From positions 1 through 64,000 of IMG/VR virus record IMGVR_UViG_3300033463_000087: a stretch of 64,000 nt of DNA. One strand, written 5' to 3'. This DNA is from a virus (Duplodnaviria; Caudoviricetes). Shown one piece after another: positions 37,443 through 47,200 of the stretch (its first letter is position 1; the number at the start of each line of letters is the position of its first letter). The position numbers were made by a program, and so were the translations under genes. The notes beneath the pieces are model-generated. The model searched no databases. It was not told the origin of the DNA and saw only the letters and a list, made by a program, of their open reading frames with translations.

Positions 37443-38433
37443 TTAATTTCTCCAATTTAGCCAAAGCACTTTTCTTTGATACTTCATCTGCACATTTAGC
37501 AATAGCAGTTAATTTAGCAATATCTTTACATCTTGCAATAGTCATTTTTTTAACTCTATTATCTTTTAACATAAAACCTTTAATATATTCTTGTAATTCA
37601 GGTTCTAATTCTACAAAGGCAGATTCATCAATAGAAGCACTTCTTCCATCTTCTTTAGGTGTTACACTTTCAGCAACTTTTTTAAGTTCTTGTACAACTA
37701 CTTTTTGAGTATTATTTGTTAATTCTGAAGCACTAATTTCTTTTGCAAAAACATCTTTATCTGCTTTTACAATAAAAGTACTTTCATCTTCAACAGGTTT
37801 TTCTACTTTAGGTGATTTATAAACAACTTCTACTTGTTGATTAGCAATTTCTCTAGACCTTGCTTCTTGTGATTTAATAATATCATCAGCACTTATTGCA
37901 CCTTTATCATTATTAGAAACTTCTGTTCTTACAATTTCAATTTCTGATTGTGCTTGTGTAGGTTGTTGAGGAATAGGTTGTTCATCTACTTCTTTTAAAT
38001 TACCTAATTCATCAATATCAACATTTATTTTTTTATTTTGTTCTACAGGTTCGGTTAAACTAATAGCACTTTCTTGAATTTTTATTAAACCACCTGTTTT
38101 AACAATTTTGGCAGAATAAATACCATTATTAGGATTATAAGCATCAATAACTAATTCTAACTTTGAAGCATCATTTAAAAAGCATTTAGTACCAATTTTA
38201 TATTTTTGTCCATAATTTTTATGTTCAGGTAATTTTATTTCTGTTCTTGCATCTTGTAAACTGATCCATTTTGCCGCAAGAGCCTTACTAACTCCTATAT
38301 AGCTATATAATGTTTCTTCATCAAAAGATGAAAGAGAACATTGATAAGGTTGTAAAGTAGTAATTACACTACCTTTATTATCTGTAATTATAACACGACC
38401 ATTTGTTAGATTTTGTATGAATTTTTTAGACAT
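37432..38433 (-). CDS. Hypothetical protein
   Basis: 333 aa; GGAGA RBS; class-1 promoter upstream. Confidence 0.6.
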   Translation of the reverse strand: MSKKFIQNLTNGRVIITDNKGSVITTLQPYQCSLSSFDEETLYSYIGVSKALAAKWISLQDARTEIKLPEHKNYGQKYKIGTKCFLNDASKLELVIDAYNPNNGIYSAKIVKTGGLIKIQESAISLTEPVEQNKKINVDIDELGNLKEVDEQPIPQQPTQAQSEIEIVRTEVSNNDKGAISADDIIKSQEARSREIANQQVEVVYKSPKVEKPVEDESTFIVKADKDVFAKEISASELTNNTQKVVVQELKKVAESVTPKEDGRSASIDESAFVELEPELQEYIKGFMLKDNRVKKMTIARCKDIAKLTAIAKCADEVSKKSALAKLEKLNGK

Positions 38434-38491
38434 AATTTAATTTCTCCTGTTTTCTTGTTTTCTTTAGTTTATGAGGATTTTAAGTAATCCT

Positions 38492-38511
38492 TATATAAAT
38501 ATAAATGAAAT
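38492..38511 (-). promoter_or_regulatory. Class-1 promoter motif
   Basis: tatataaatataaatgaaat upstream of 38433. Confidence 0.75.
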
Positions 38512-38515
38512 AAAA

Positions 38516-38542
38516 AGAGTCATCTTATTTATAGATGACTCT
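38516..38542 (-). terminator. Intrinsic terminator-like hairpin
   Basis: AGAGTCATCT / AGATGACTCT 10-bp stem with a U-run, before a class-1 promoter. Confidence 0.65.
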
Positions 38543-38566
38543 AAATTAATAAAAATTAATATATTT

Positions 38567-38797
38567 TTATTTTTCTTTAATGTCTAAAAGTAATACACCT
38601 AAAATAAAGAATAAAGCAAATACATTTAATTTATCTGCAAAAGAAAGAGGCATTGTTTGCCAAATAAAACAAGCAAGTAAAATAGCTGCCAATTTTTCTT
38701 TTGTGTTAAAGATTTTGAAAAAATTAACTGCAATAAATTTAAAACCTTTAAGAATTACTATAAATACTTCTTTGATTTTTTCCCAAATATTTTTCAT
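38567..38797 (-). CDS. Small membrane protein (holin-like candidate)
   Basis: 76 aa with two hydrophobic segments. Confidence 0.5.
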   Translation of the reverse strand: MKNIWEKIKEVFIVILKGFKFIAVNFFKIFNTKEKLAAILLACFIWQTMPLSFADKLNVFALFFILGVLLLDIKEK

Positions 38798-38799
38798 TA

Positions 38800-39192
38800 T
38801 TAATTCCTCTCATTTAATTCATCACATTCATCCTGTGCCTCTTCGAAAGTATCAAAATAATAAATATCACCATCATCATCTTGATAAGGTATTCCTTCAA
38901 AATTATCGAAGATAAAAAATCTTCTATCTCTATTGCCTTCAAAAATATCAGATTTTCCCCAATCTTCTCTTTGAACCTCAAATCTTAAATTATTGGATGC
39001 TTTTTTATATTTATGTTCAGCTCTAAGATAATCTAATTCTGTTTGAGCCTCTTTTTCAGTATCAAAATGATATTCTCTGCCTTCTTCATCTTTATAAATA
39101 CCTTCGGGTCCTTTTATAACATAATAAGATTTATCTTTTTCATCTACTTTTTCTAAATTCCAACTTGCTTTAATTAATTTTATAAATTTCAT
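38800..39192 (-). CDS. Leader-family protein with two tandem acidic domains
   Basis: MKFIKLIKAS leader; YHFDTEKEAQTELDYL and YYFDTFEEAQDECDEL repeats separated by KKAS. Confidence 0.7.
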   Translation of the reverse strand: MKFIKLIKASWNLEKVDEKDKSYYVIKGPEGIYKDEEGREYHFDTEKEAQTELDYLRAEHKYKKASNNLRFEVQREDWGKSDIFEGNRDRRFFIFDNFEGIPYQDDDGDIYYFDTFEEAQDECDELNERN

Positions 39193-39195
39193 AAT

Positions 39196-39750
39196 TTATT
39201 TCCTCTTATTTAAATATTCTAATGCTTCTTGGGTTCTTTGATCTGATACTTCTTCCCAAGTTTTAAATTTAGGTAAAGCTTGCTTAATAGCTTTATCTAA
39301 TTGTTTTATTTGTTCTTTCATTTCATTTACTTTTATTTCTAAACGATTTTTTTCTGAATATAAAGTATCAATAAATTCATAATCAAAATTTAACTTTCCA
39401 ATACCATCTTCAGTTAATCTTTTTAATTCATAATAATCATCGTGATATTTTTCAATATCATTTTCTAATTTATGTTTTTGTACATAAAAATCTCTATTTT
39501 CAGAAAATTGTTTAATAGTTAAACCGATTATTTTTTCAAAATCTTTTTCATCAAATTTTTCTTTTTGTTCATCTGTTAAATAATCAAATTCTATAGTATC
39601 CCTAAGACTATCCCAAACTTCAATATTGTCATCACTATTTGTAGGATCATAAATTTCTGAATCTGACCAATTGTCTTTATCAAATTTAGCTTTTATTTGA
39701 TTGATTTCTTCTTCTGTTAAACTTGCTTTAATTAATTTTGTAAATTTCAT
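39196..39750 (-). CDS. Leader-family acidic coiled-coil protein
   Basis: MKFTKLIKAS leader. Confidence 0.7.
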   Translation of the reverse strand: MKFTKLIKASLTEEEINQIKAKFDKDNWSDSEIYDPTNSDDNIEVWDSLRDTIEFDYLTDEQKEKFDEKDFEKIIGLTIKQFSENRDFYVQKHKLENDIEKYHDDYYELKRLTEDGIGKLNFDYEFIDTLYSEKNRLEIKVNEMKEQIKQLDKAIKQALPKFKTWEEVSDQRTQEALEYLNKRK

Positions 39751-39760
39751 AAACTACCTC
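39725..39760. repeat. Exact 36-bp direct repeat, copy 1 (RBS plus leader codons)
   Basis: gctttaattaattttgtaaatttcataaactacctc, identical at 40310-40345. Confidence 0.85.
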
Positions 39761-40335
39761 ACATTTTTGATAGCATAAATAATATTATTTAGACTAATAC
39801 CATACTTGTCTGGTATACCCGATTTCATCTCTTTTGCTAATTGTTCTTCATCACCTGTAAAGGCAAAACCCCAAACAGAATCAACTACATCATCATTTTC
39901 ATCCATAATTTGGAAACCATAATAAGTAGTAGTTTCTATTTCATTATAATCTTCTATAAAATATTTTAAAGCATCTTCTTGTTCGGGTGTAAATTTGCCT
40001 TTAACTGCAGCAAAACCTGCTAAACCACTATCCCATTGGTCGGAAAATTGACCACCACGACCTAAACTTAAAACAATACCACCATGAATATAAGCATAAA
40101 TTGGTCTTAAATCCCAACCTTCTTTTTTTAATTCCTTGGCATTACCTTTATAACTTTCTTCATGGTTAGATAAAGTATAACGACTTAAATTAGATAATAT
40201 TTTAACACCTGCATAATATAAATTATCACAGGCATCTTCAAATGCACTACGTGATCCATCATCATCATATCTAACTTCAATTCTATATTTTTTATTTAAA
40301 TTTTCTTCTGCTTTAATTAATTTTGTAAATTTCAT
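39754..40335 (-). CDS. Leader-family protein with WDSG motif
   Basis: MKFTKLIKAE leader; PIYAYIHGG...QWDSGLAGF...YYGFQI...DSVWGF. Confidence 0.7.
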   Translation of the reverse strand: MKFTKLIKAEENLNKKYRIEVRYDDDGSRSAFEDACDNLYYAGVKILSNLSRYTLSNHEESYKGNAKELKKEGWDLRPIYAYIHGGIVLSLGRGGQFSDQWDSGLAGFAAVKGKFTPEQEDALKYFIEDYNEIETTTYYGFQIMDENDDVVDSVWGFAFTGDEEQLAKEMKSGIPDKYGISLNNIIYAIKNVR

Positions 40336-40345
40336 AAACTACCTC
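40310..40345. repeat. Exact 36-bp direct repeat, copy 2
   Basis: Identical to 39725-39760. Confidence 0.85.
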
Positions 40346-40557
40346 TAAATAATATTATTACGAATCTCATCAAACTTATCTGAAATAATATCTGCCAACT
40401 CTTTAATTTTTTCTCTTTGTTCAAGAGATAGAGTTACATTTGCATTTTTCATATCTTTAGCAAATTTAGCAGTTTTTATTGCAGTTTCCACCAAAGAATC
40501 TAACAATGCTGTAGGAATTATGTGTTTATCTGATTTTATTATTTTTAAAAATTTCAT
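40345..40557 (-). CDS. Leader-family small protein (MKFLKIIKSD)
   Basis: Shared N-terminus, 70 aa. Confidence 0.65.
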   Translation of the reverse strand: MKFLKIIKSDKHIIPTALLDSLVETAIKTAKFAKDMKNANVTLSLEQREKIKELADIISDKFDEIRNNII

Positions 40558-40560
40558 AAT

Positions 40561-40857
40561 TTATTTTGTATGATTATTTAAAATATGGTTCTTAATAAGT
40601 TTAACATCTTCTAAAATAATATCTGTTTTAGTAGCACTTTTATCTATTTGTGATTGCAAAGCATTTATTTGATAAGTAAGTTCTTTTCTTGTAGAAGATA
40701 AATCTTGTTCTAATTTATCTACTCTTGGTGGTAAACTTTGCATTTTATAAATAAAAAATGTTGTTGCTCCTACAACTGCAACCACAGTAGTTGCAATCTT
40801 AACTATGTCTACAATACTAATTCTAGAATTTAATTTAATATTATTTGTTGCTTCCAT
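40561..40857 (-). CDS. Single-TM coiled-coil protein (holin/lysis-accessory-like)
   Basis: One TM helix followed by a coiled coil; GAGGA RBS; class-1 promoter upstream. Confidence 0.5.
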   Translation of the reverse strand: MEATNNIKLNSRISIVDIVKIATTVVAVVGATTFFIYKMQSLPPRVDKLEQDLSSTRKELTYQINALQSQIDKSATKTDIILEDVKLIKNHILNNHTK

Positions 40858-40881
40858 ATTTTAAATATTCCTCTATTATAT

Positions 40882-40901
40882 TATATAAATATAAATGAAA
40901 T
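40882..40901 (-). promoter_or_regulatory. Class-1 promoter motif
   Basis: tatataaatataaatgaaat upstream of 40857. Confidence 0.75.
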
Positions 40902-40909
40902 AAATGCTA

Positions 40910-41698
40910 TTATTCTACGGGTATTTCAAAGATAGGAATAATTTGTAAATCATAATTCCAAGAAGCATCATACGCGCGTTGACCTGTTAAACTCCATGTT
41001 TTATTTCCAGTTCCACCACTTCCGCTAGTTCCCAACATCCAAGCACCATATTGAGTACCTATTGTACAAGTTCTAGCTGAATAATTGTAATAACCACTAT
41101 ATTTTGACCAAGTAGTAAGAGAATTATCTGGATAATCAATAACAGTAGGATCAAAAGGGTCTAAAGCAACTCTATTATCAAAAATTGTTGATAATTCATT
41201 TGCATTAGGTAATTGAGAACTATATATCTGTCCATTTATTGTAATTTTATAGTTTCTGGCAAAATTAATTGCATAAAGATCTACACCTGTTGTACTTGCA
41301 TTTTGTAGTAAAAAATCATTTGTCCAAGTAGCAGGATCTGTTGCTGCTTGTGCTTTGACTGCTGTATCATATTGTGGTAATCCAGTAATACTTGGATCAG
41401 CATTACCAGACCAACTAGTATGACCCCTATATTTGGCATCAAGTACAAAAATAGCATAAGTTTGGTTTGTATTTGTATCTGGATTAATACCATTAAAATA
41501 ACAAACAAAAGATGCACATCCGCCAATTCTATCACCTAAACTATATACACCATTAGGATCAGTTTCTGCAATCATATTTTTATCAATAGTAGTATCAGCA
41601 GTTACTAATTGACTACCATTAATTGTTTTATAACCATCTGCACTAATAGTATAATTAATTATTTTACCATTAGTAACCTTAACTGTTTTACTTGACAT
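40910..41698 (-). CDS. Putative tail-fibre-associated / virion protein
   Basis: Thr/Gly/Asn-rich; N-terminal YTISADGYKTING resembles YKISKEGYCDYEG near the C-terminus of 44219..47734. Confidence 0.45.
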   Translation of the reverse strand: MSSKTVKVTNGKIINYTISADGYKTINGSQLVTADTTIDKNMIAETDPNGVYSLGDRIGGCASFVCYFNGINPDTNTNQTYAIFVLDAKYRGHTSWSGNADPSITGLPQYDTAVKAQAATDPATWTNDFLLQNASTTGVDLYAINFARNYKITINGQIYSSQLPNANELSTIFDNRVALDPFDPTVIDYPDNSLTTWSKYSGYYNYSARTCTIGTQYGAWMLGTSGSGGTGNKTWSLTGQRAYDASWNYDLQIIPIFEIPVE

Positions 41699-41700
41699 AA

Positions 41701-42702
41701 TTATTTAACCTCTTGATTAGATTCTTCTTCTAATTTATTTAAAAATTCTTTAATACCTATTCTCGGTATTATTCCAAATAATTTATTTCCCATATAACAA
41801 TTTCTCATAACATCATTATATACTTGTGAAAATATATTATCGGGAATTTTATGGTGTATTTCTTTATATACTTCTTTATAATATTTTAGGCAACTATTCC
41901 AATTCTGCTCTATAAATCTTTTATCTCTTTCTTCTGTTTCAATATAATATTCATAGAGATTACAAAGAACTGCTACTTTCTGTTGCATAATATTACCATT
42001 GAAAGGTACTCTTTTTTCTGCTTCTTTGATAGCATAAATCATATTTTCAGTATAACCCGGAAAACTCCCACCATAAGAATATTCTGCATTATTTATACGT
42101 GTAATACTATCTTCTTTATAATGCCAATAATAAGTTATATCTTGAATGTATTTAATCTGTTCATTTTGATTGGCACAAAGTTTACAAAGCATATTAAAAC
42201 CATTATCTTCATTTGCTCTGCTTCCTTGTAAGAAATGAATATTGTATCTATTAATAAACTCTCTTTTATATATTTTACCAAACATCCATACACTATCGTT
42301 TGGGTGTTGTATATAAGTATTTGGTTGTTGTTCTAAAAAATTGCTAAAACAACAGGCATTATATGGTTCTGCAAGAAGTTGGTCTCTCAATATTTTAATA
42401 GCAAATGCTCCTGAAAAAGTATCATCAGCATCAATAAACATAACAAGTGGATTTTTTGTATTATCTAAACCAAATTGTCTTGCATCACCGGGACCACCAT
42501 TCTTTTCCATTACTATTTCTCTGACATTGAAAAACGGACTAAACATATCTACAAATTGTTTATATCCAATTCCGTCGGCATCATTTACAATAGTTACATC
42601 AATATCATTTACTACTTCTTGTAAAGCAATACTAGATAAAGTTCTAAGTATTGTGTTTTGTGCTTTATATGCTGGTATTATCACATCTATTCTTTGATTC
42701 AT
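41701..42702 (-). CDS. Glycosyltransferase family 2
   Basis: VIIPAYK, IVNDAD, NGGPGDARQFG, FIDADD and ANED motifs. Confidence 0.9.
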   Translation of the reverse strand: MNQRIDVIIPAYKAQNTILRTLSSIALQEVVNDIDVTIVNDADGIGYKQFVDMFSPFFNVREIVMEKNGGPGDARQFGLDNTKNPLVMFIDADDTFSGAFAIKILRDQLLAEPYNACCFSNFLEQQPNTYIQHPNDSVWMFGKIYKREFINRYNIHFLQGSRANEDNGFNMLCKLCANQNEQIKYIQDITYYWHYKEDSITRINNAEYSYGGSFPGYTENMIYAIKEAEKRVPFNGNIMQQKVAVLCNLYEYYIETEERDKRFIEQNWNSCLKYYKEVYKEIHHKIPDNIFSQVYNDVMRNCYMGNKLFGIIPRIGIKEFLNKLEEESNQEVK

Positions 42703-42724
42703 TTTATCTTGTCCTCTATTTATA

Positions 42725-42737
42725 TATTATACTAAAT
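42725..42737 (-). promoter_or_regulatory. Class-2 promoter motif overlapping the LRR gene stop codon
   Basis: atttagtataata upstream of the GT2 gene at 42702. Confidence 0.5.
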
Positions 42738-44204
42738 ATTATTAATATCCATCAAATAAACGCCGTTAACTGTTCCATCTGTTTTATAACCTGCTGATAT
42801 GAAAGCATTGTATGTTTTTGTGTTTACACCATTGTTTTGGAATGGGATATATACATTTTTTATACCACTACCATAAAAACAATATGACGCGGTAGTGATA
42901 TTTTCTGAATGAATATATATGTTACCAGCCATAACATTACATTGAGAAAATGTACTAGACATATTAGTAAGATTTGGACTGGTAATATTTATATTTACAG
43001 TAGTTAAATTATTGCATTGTACAAATGTGGAAGCCATAGTTGTAAGATTAGGACAAGTAATATTACCTTGCATTGTTATTAAACTTTTACTTCTACCAAA
43101 AGTATAAAATAGACTTGTAACATTCGTGGCATTACTAAAATCAGGTAAAGTATTGAAATTACAATTATAAAAACAATAACCTAAATCTTTTACACCACTT
43201 GGAATTTCTTGTATATAATCTAAATTAACACAATTATAAAATGCTTGATACATATTAGTTACAGATATAGGAATACTGGGAGTATTTCTTAAATTATAAC
43301 ATTCTCCAAAAGTGTAATACAACTCAGTTATACCATTTGGAATAGGAGATACATTTACTAGATTATAGCAGTGTACAAAAGGTTGCTCTGATAAACTATT
43401 CACACCGCTGGGTATATTTATATCTGTAATATTATGACAATTTGCAAATGTACCAATTAAACCACCTGTATAATTATCTGGTATATTTGTATTTTTTAGA
43501 TTAAAACAACCCATAAATGTTCTTATTAATCCACCAGAAACTATACTGTTGGGTAATGTTATATTTTCTAAACTTGTACATCCAGTAAATGTTTCATATA
43601 AATTTAAGCTTCTATTAGGCAATGTAACATTTTTTAAATTAGTACAACCATAAAAAGTATGATAAAAATCACCAGTATTGATATTATCAGGTATAGTAGG
43701 TGCATTAACTAAATTTGTACATCGTAGAAAAGTATTATATAAACCAGTTCCTGATATACTACTAGGTATCGATGGTACATTAATTAAATTATAACAACCA
43801 GCAAAAGCACTAACGAGAGTAGTAACACTTGATGGTATAGTTGGTGCATTAACTAAATTAACACTATCAGCAAAAGTACGATCCATATAAATAACACTAT
43901 TAGGGATAGCTGGTGCATCAACTAAACTATTACAAATTCTAAATGCACTTGATAATGTTGTAACTGAATTTGGAATAATGGGTGCATTAACTAAACTTTT
44001 GCAATCATAAAAAGTAGAAGCCATATTAGTTACATTGTTATTTATATTATTGACACTTTTTAAATTAGTACAATAATAGAAAGCATTATACATACTATTA
44101 TTTTGCCAAGGAGTATAATTACAATCTACATTTACTATAGTTCTATTATTATAAAAAGTATTTGTTCCAATGTTTATTGTCGTTATTCTTCTTAAATCAC
44201 TCAT
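42732..44204 (-). CDS. BspA/DUF285-type leucine-rich-repeat adhesin
   Basis: Many ~22-aa repeats of the form F..C..L.NAP.IP.SVT. Confidence 0.8.
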   Translation of the reverse strand: MSDLRRITTINIGTNTFYNNRTIVNVDCNYTPWQNNSMYNAFYYCTNLKSVNNINNNVTNMASTFYDCKSLVNAPIIPNSVTTLSSAFRICNSLVDAPAIPNSVIYMDRTFADSVNLVNAPTIPSSVTTLVSAFAGCYNLINVPSIPSSISGTGLYNTFLRCTNLVNAPTIPDNINTGDFYHTFYGCTNLKNVTLPNRSLNLYETFTGCTSLENITLPNSIVSGGLIRTFMGCFNLKNTNIPDNYTGGLIGTFANCHNITDINIPSGVNSLSEQPFVHCYNLVNVSPIPNGITELYYTFGECYNLRNTPSIPISVTNMYQAFYNCVNLDYIQEIPSGVKDLGYCFYNCNFNTLPDFSNATNVTSLFYTFGRSKSLITMQGNITCPNLTTMASTFVQCNNLTTVNINITSPNLTNMSSTFSQCNVMAGNIYIHSENITTASYCFYGSGIKNVYIPFQNNGVNTKTYNAFISAGYKTDGTVNGVYLMDINNI

Positions 44205-44218
44205 TTTTAATTATCTCC

Positions 44219-47200
44219 TTATATATTAGGTACAGTCACATCTGTACTATTTCCTATATATTTTGTTAATACCATATTACCTGTGTTATTTAATGTGTAT
44301 TCATAATCAGTTACATCTACTGTACCATTACTTGCTACTAATTCTGCTTCAACAGTTGTTGTTTTTCCATCGGCAGAAGTATATGTTGCTGTTCCTGAAC
44401 CTTCATAATCACAATAGCCTTCTTTAGATATTTTGTATTTATATGTGTCACCACTATATAAATAATATGGTGAATCAGTATTTACATTATTAATATCTAC
44501 CAAGATTGTTGGATCGGAAACATTTGTACTAAATTGTAACTCTTGGTAGTGTAAATCATAGTCTCTGTTAATTACCCAATGATTTCTATATTGCGGAGTA
44601 TTACCATTTTTAAATAATAAGCCTACACCTGTATTATTTTTAAGTAATAAAGGCATATTTAATGGGGTAAATTCAATACCACCACTTTGTATATAAGTAG
44701 CCATATTTTGTGGCATAGTTATATTAAATATATGCCAATCTGTACCTGATACAACATTATCATTATTTGAAGTTGTTATATTAGCAGAGGTTGTAATAAT
44801 TGCGGGATTTGTTGTTATTGTTTGAGATGAATCTATTTCAGAATTACGTTCATAAGTATTATCACTAATAATAATATTTCCATTTTGTACTGTAAATGTA
44901 GGTTGTGGATCTAAGGCACTTGGTGTAAATTCAGTTGTTCCTGTGTTTTCATATAAAGTAGAAATTGACTGCTGTTTTTTATAAGTATATATAATATTAT
45001 CAATCGTTAGTTTAGTTTCGTTCATATCTACTGAGCCATTCCAAGGATTATAATTATCTGTATTTGCACCAATAGTTTGACTATTATTTACCCAATATGG
45101 TGCTAGTTTGCCACCATCAGAATAATTTTTTGTTTCCCAATCAATTCCATTATCAGATTGATAAAATCTATATACCCCATCAGTATCGTTCCAAGTTATA
45201 CGAACATATACATCTGTGTTAGCACTCATTGTTATACCTGTAACAAAATTATTTAACACTTCCCATCCATAAGATGTTCTTCTTGATATATAACAATTTA
45301 CCGAACTCGTAGTGCAATTTAAAACTATACCTTGCACATCTGGTTGAGTTTGTATTAATCTTCCAAACGAAGTTCCACTACCTGGTTTACATTTAATAAT
45401 AAAATCAAATGAATGAACTGGTCTTGGATTTATTAATTGTATATAGTTACCTCGTGAAAAGTTACTAAAAACGCCATTATCATTATTAATTGTTCCAATT
45501 ATTTTAGCATTTTGTAAATTAAATGTTGTAGAACTAATAGGTTCACTGTCAGTTATATAAATATTTTCATCTGAAGTATTTGTATAACCATAATAATAAA
45601 TGTCTTTTTGACCAACCGTAGGGCAATTTATTGTAACAGATTGTATTTCTGTATTATCTATTGTTGATATATTAGCAACAAGATCTTTTAGTATATTTTG
45701 ATTCTCATCATAAATAACTTCTTGACCATTAATATATGTGCCACTTTTTGCATTTATTTGTATCTTACCAATACCTACATAACTATAATCATTACTTGTC
45801 ACAGATAATTTATAATATTTATAAGCATCTGATGAGTTAACTTCTAGTGTCCAAGTTTGATTTTGCCCCAATGTTGAATTTGTAAAAGTAGTTAATTCTG
45901 TATAGGTTACACCGTCATTACTGCCATAAACTGTTCCACCATTAATAGAACGAGGTGCACCTTCATTTCTATTTGTTATTTCAAAAGATATAATTTTAAT
46001 AGGATCTGGGTTATACATTATATAATCACCACTGTTTCCTGATTTTGCCCAAGTGTATGCTTGATCCGTATTAGCATTAGAAGCAAACGGATACCAAGGA
46101 TAATATGCACCTAAATATTGAGCAGATACAGCAAAACTATCACCACCCATTGTGCCGCTATCAGTTAAAACAGGTTGAGTAAAAGATTGTGATTCTAGTG
46201 TAGGTTGAGGGTTTAGTGGTTCAAAATTTTCATCATATATTATTGTTTTATATAATGTAATAGTTTCTCCTAAATTTATTACATTACCATTAATAGTTAT
46301 GGATGTTTTTGTTAAATCAATATAACCTGGAAATGAAGCATTTGAAGAAGCATTATCACCAATAAATAAAGATGATTGGGTATGATTAATCATTGATGTA
46401 TTTGAAGTAGTTGCTTCAGGGTCATGCCAATCAGATTCATCTTGAGTTAAATATAAAGCATAACCTGTTGAACTATCATAAGTAACTTTTACAAAATACC
46501 AAGTATTTAATTGTAAAGTTGTTGTACCTATTAATGTTGCAAAATATTCATACGAACCTATTGTATTACTTAATCTACATTGAAGTTTCATTGAACTATT
46601 AATTTCAAATCTAAATGCAGAAGTAGAATTTTCTTGAGATGTATCAATAATAGAACAGTTGCTTGACGAAGTTCCTGTTAAGTATATTTTTGATTTAACT
46701 TCAAAACTATCTTTAGTATTATTTAAGAAATTTTCACAAGTTAAATAATTAGAATCAGAAAATCCACTATAAACGCCATTATTATTATTTAATGTACCTT
46801 TTATTGAAGCATTTTTTAATGTAATAATATCAGAGTCTCTTATACTATCGGTATCAGTATAGTAAGTATTTGTTGAATCTGTCCAAGCATAGTACATTTG
46901 ACCTGTTTTTATTTGAACTTCTTTATTATCTTGTTCAGGTTCTGCTGTAACATAAACAACCTCATCATTTATTTCTTTTATTTGTTCTATTGTTCCTGTA
47001 GCAGTAAATTGACCATATTCATTATCTTGACAAGCACTCCAATCATAATTTGAAGAAGCAATACCATCATTTAACTTTATGGTATCATTTAATTGTTTGG
47101 GATATAAATAAGGAACTAATTTTGTATCATCATATTGAAAATAACAATCCTCTAATAATATAGTACCATTACCCCAACTATAATTATTATTAGAATCTGC

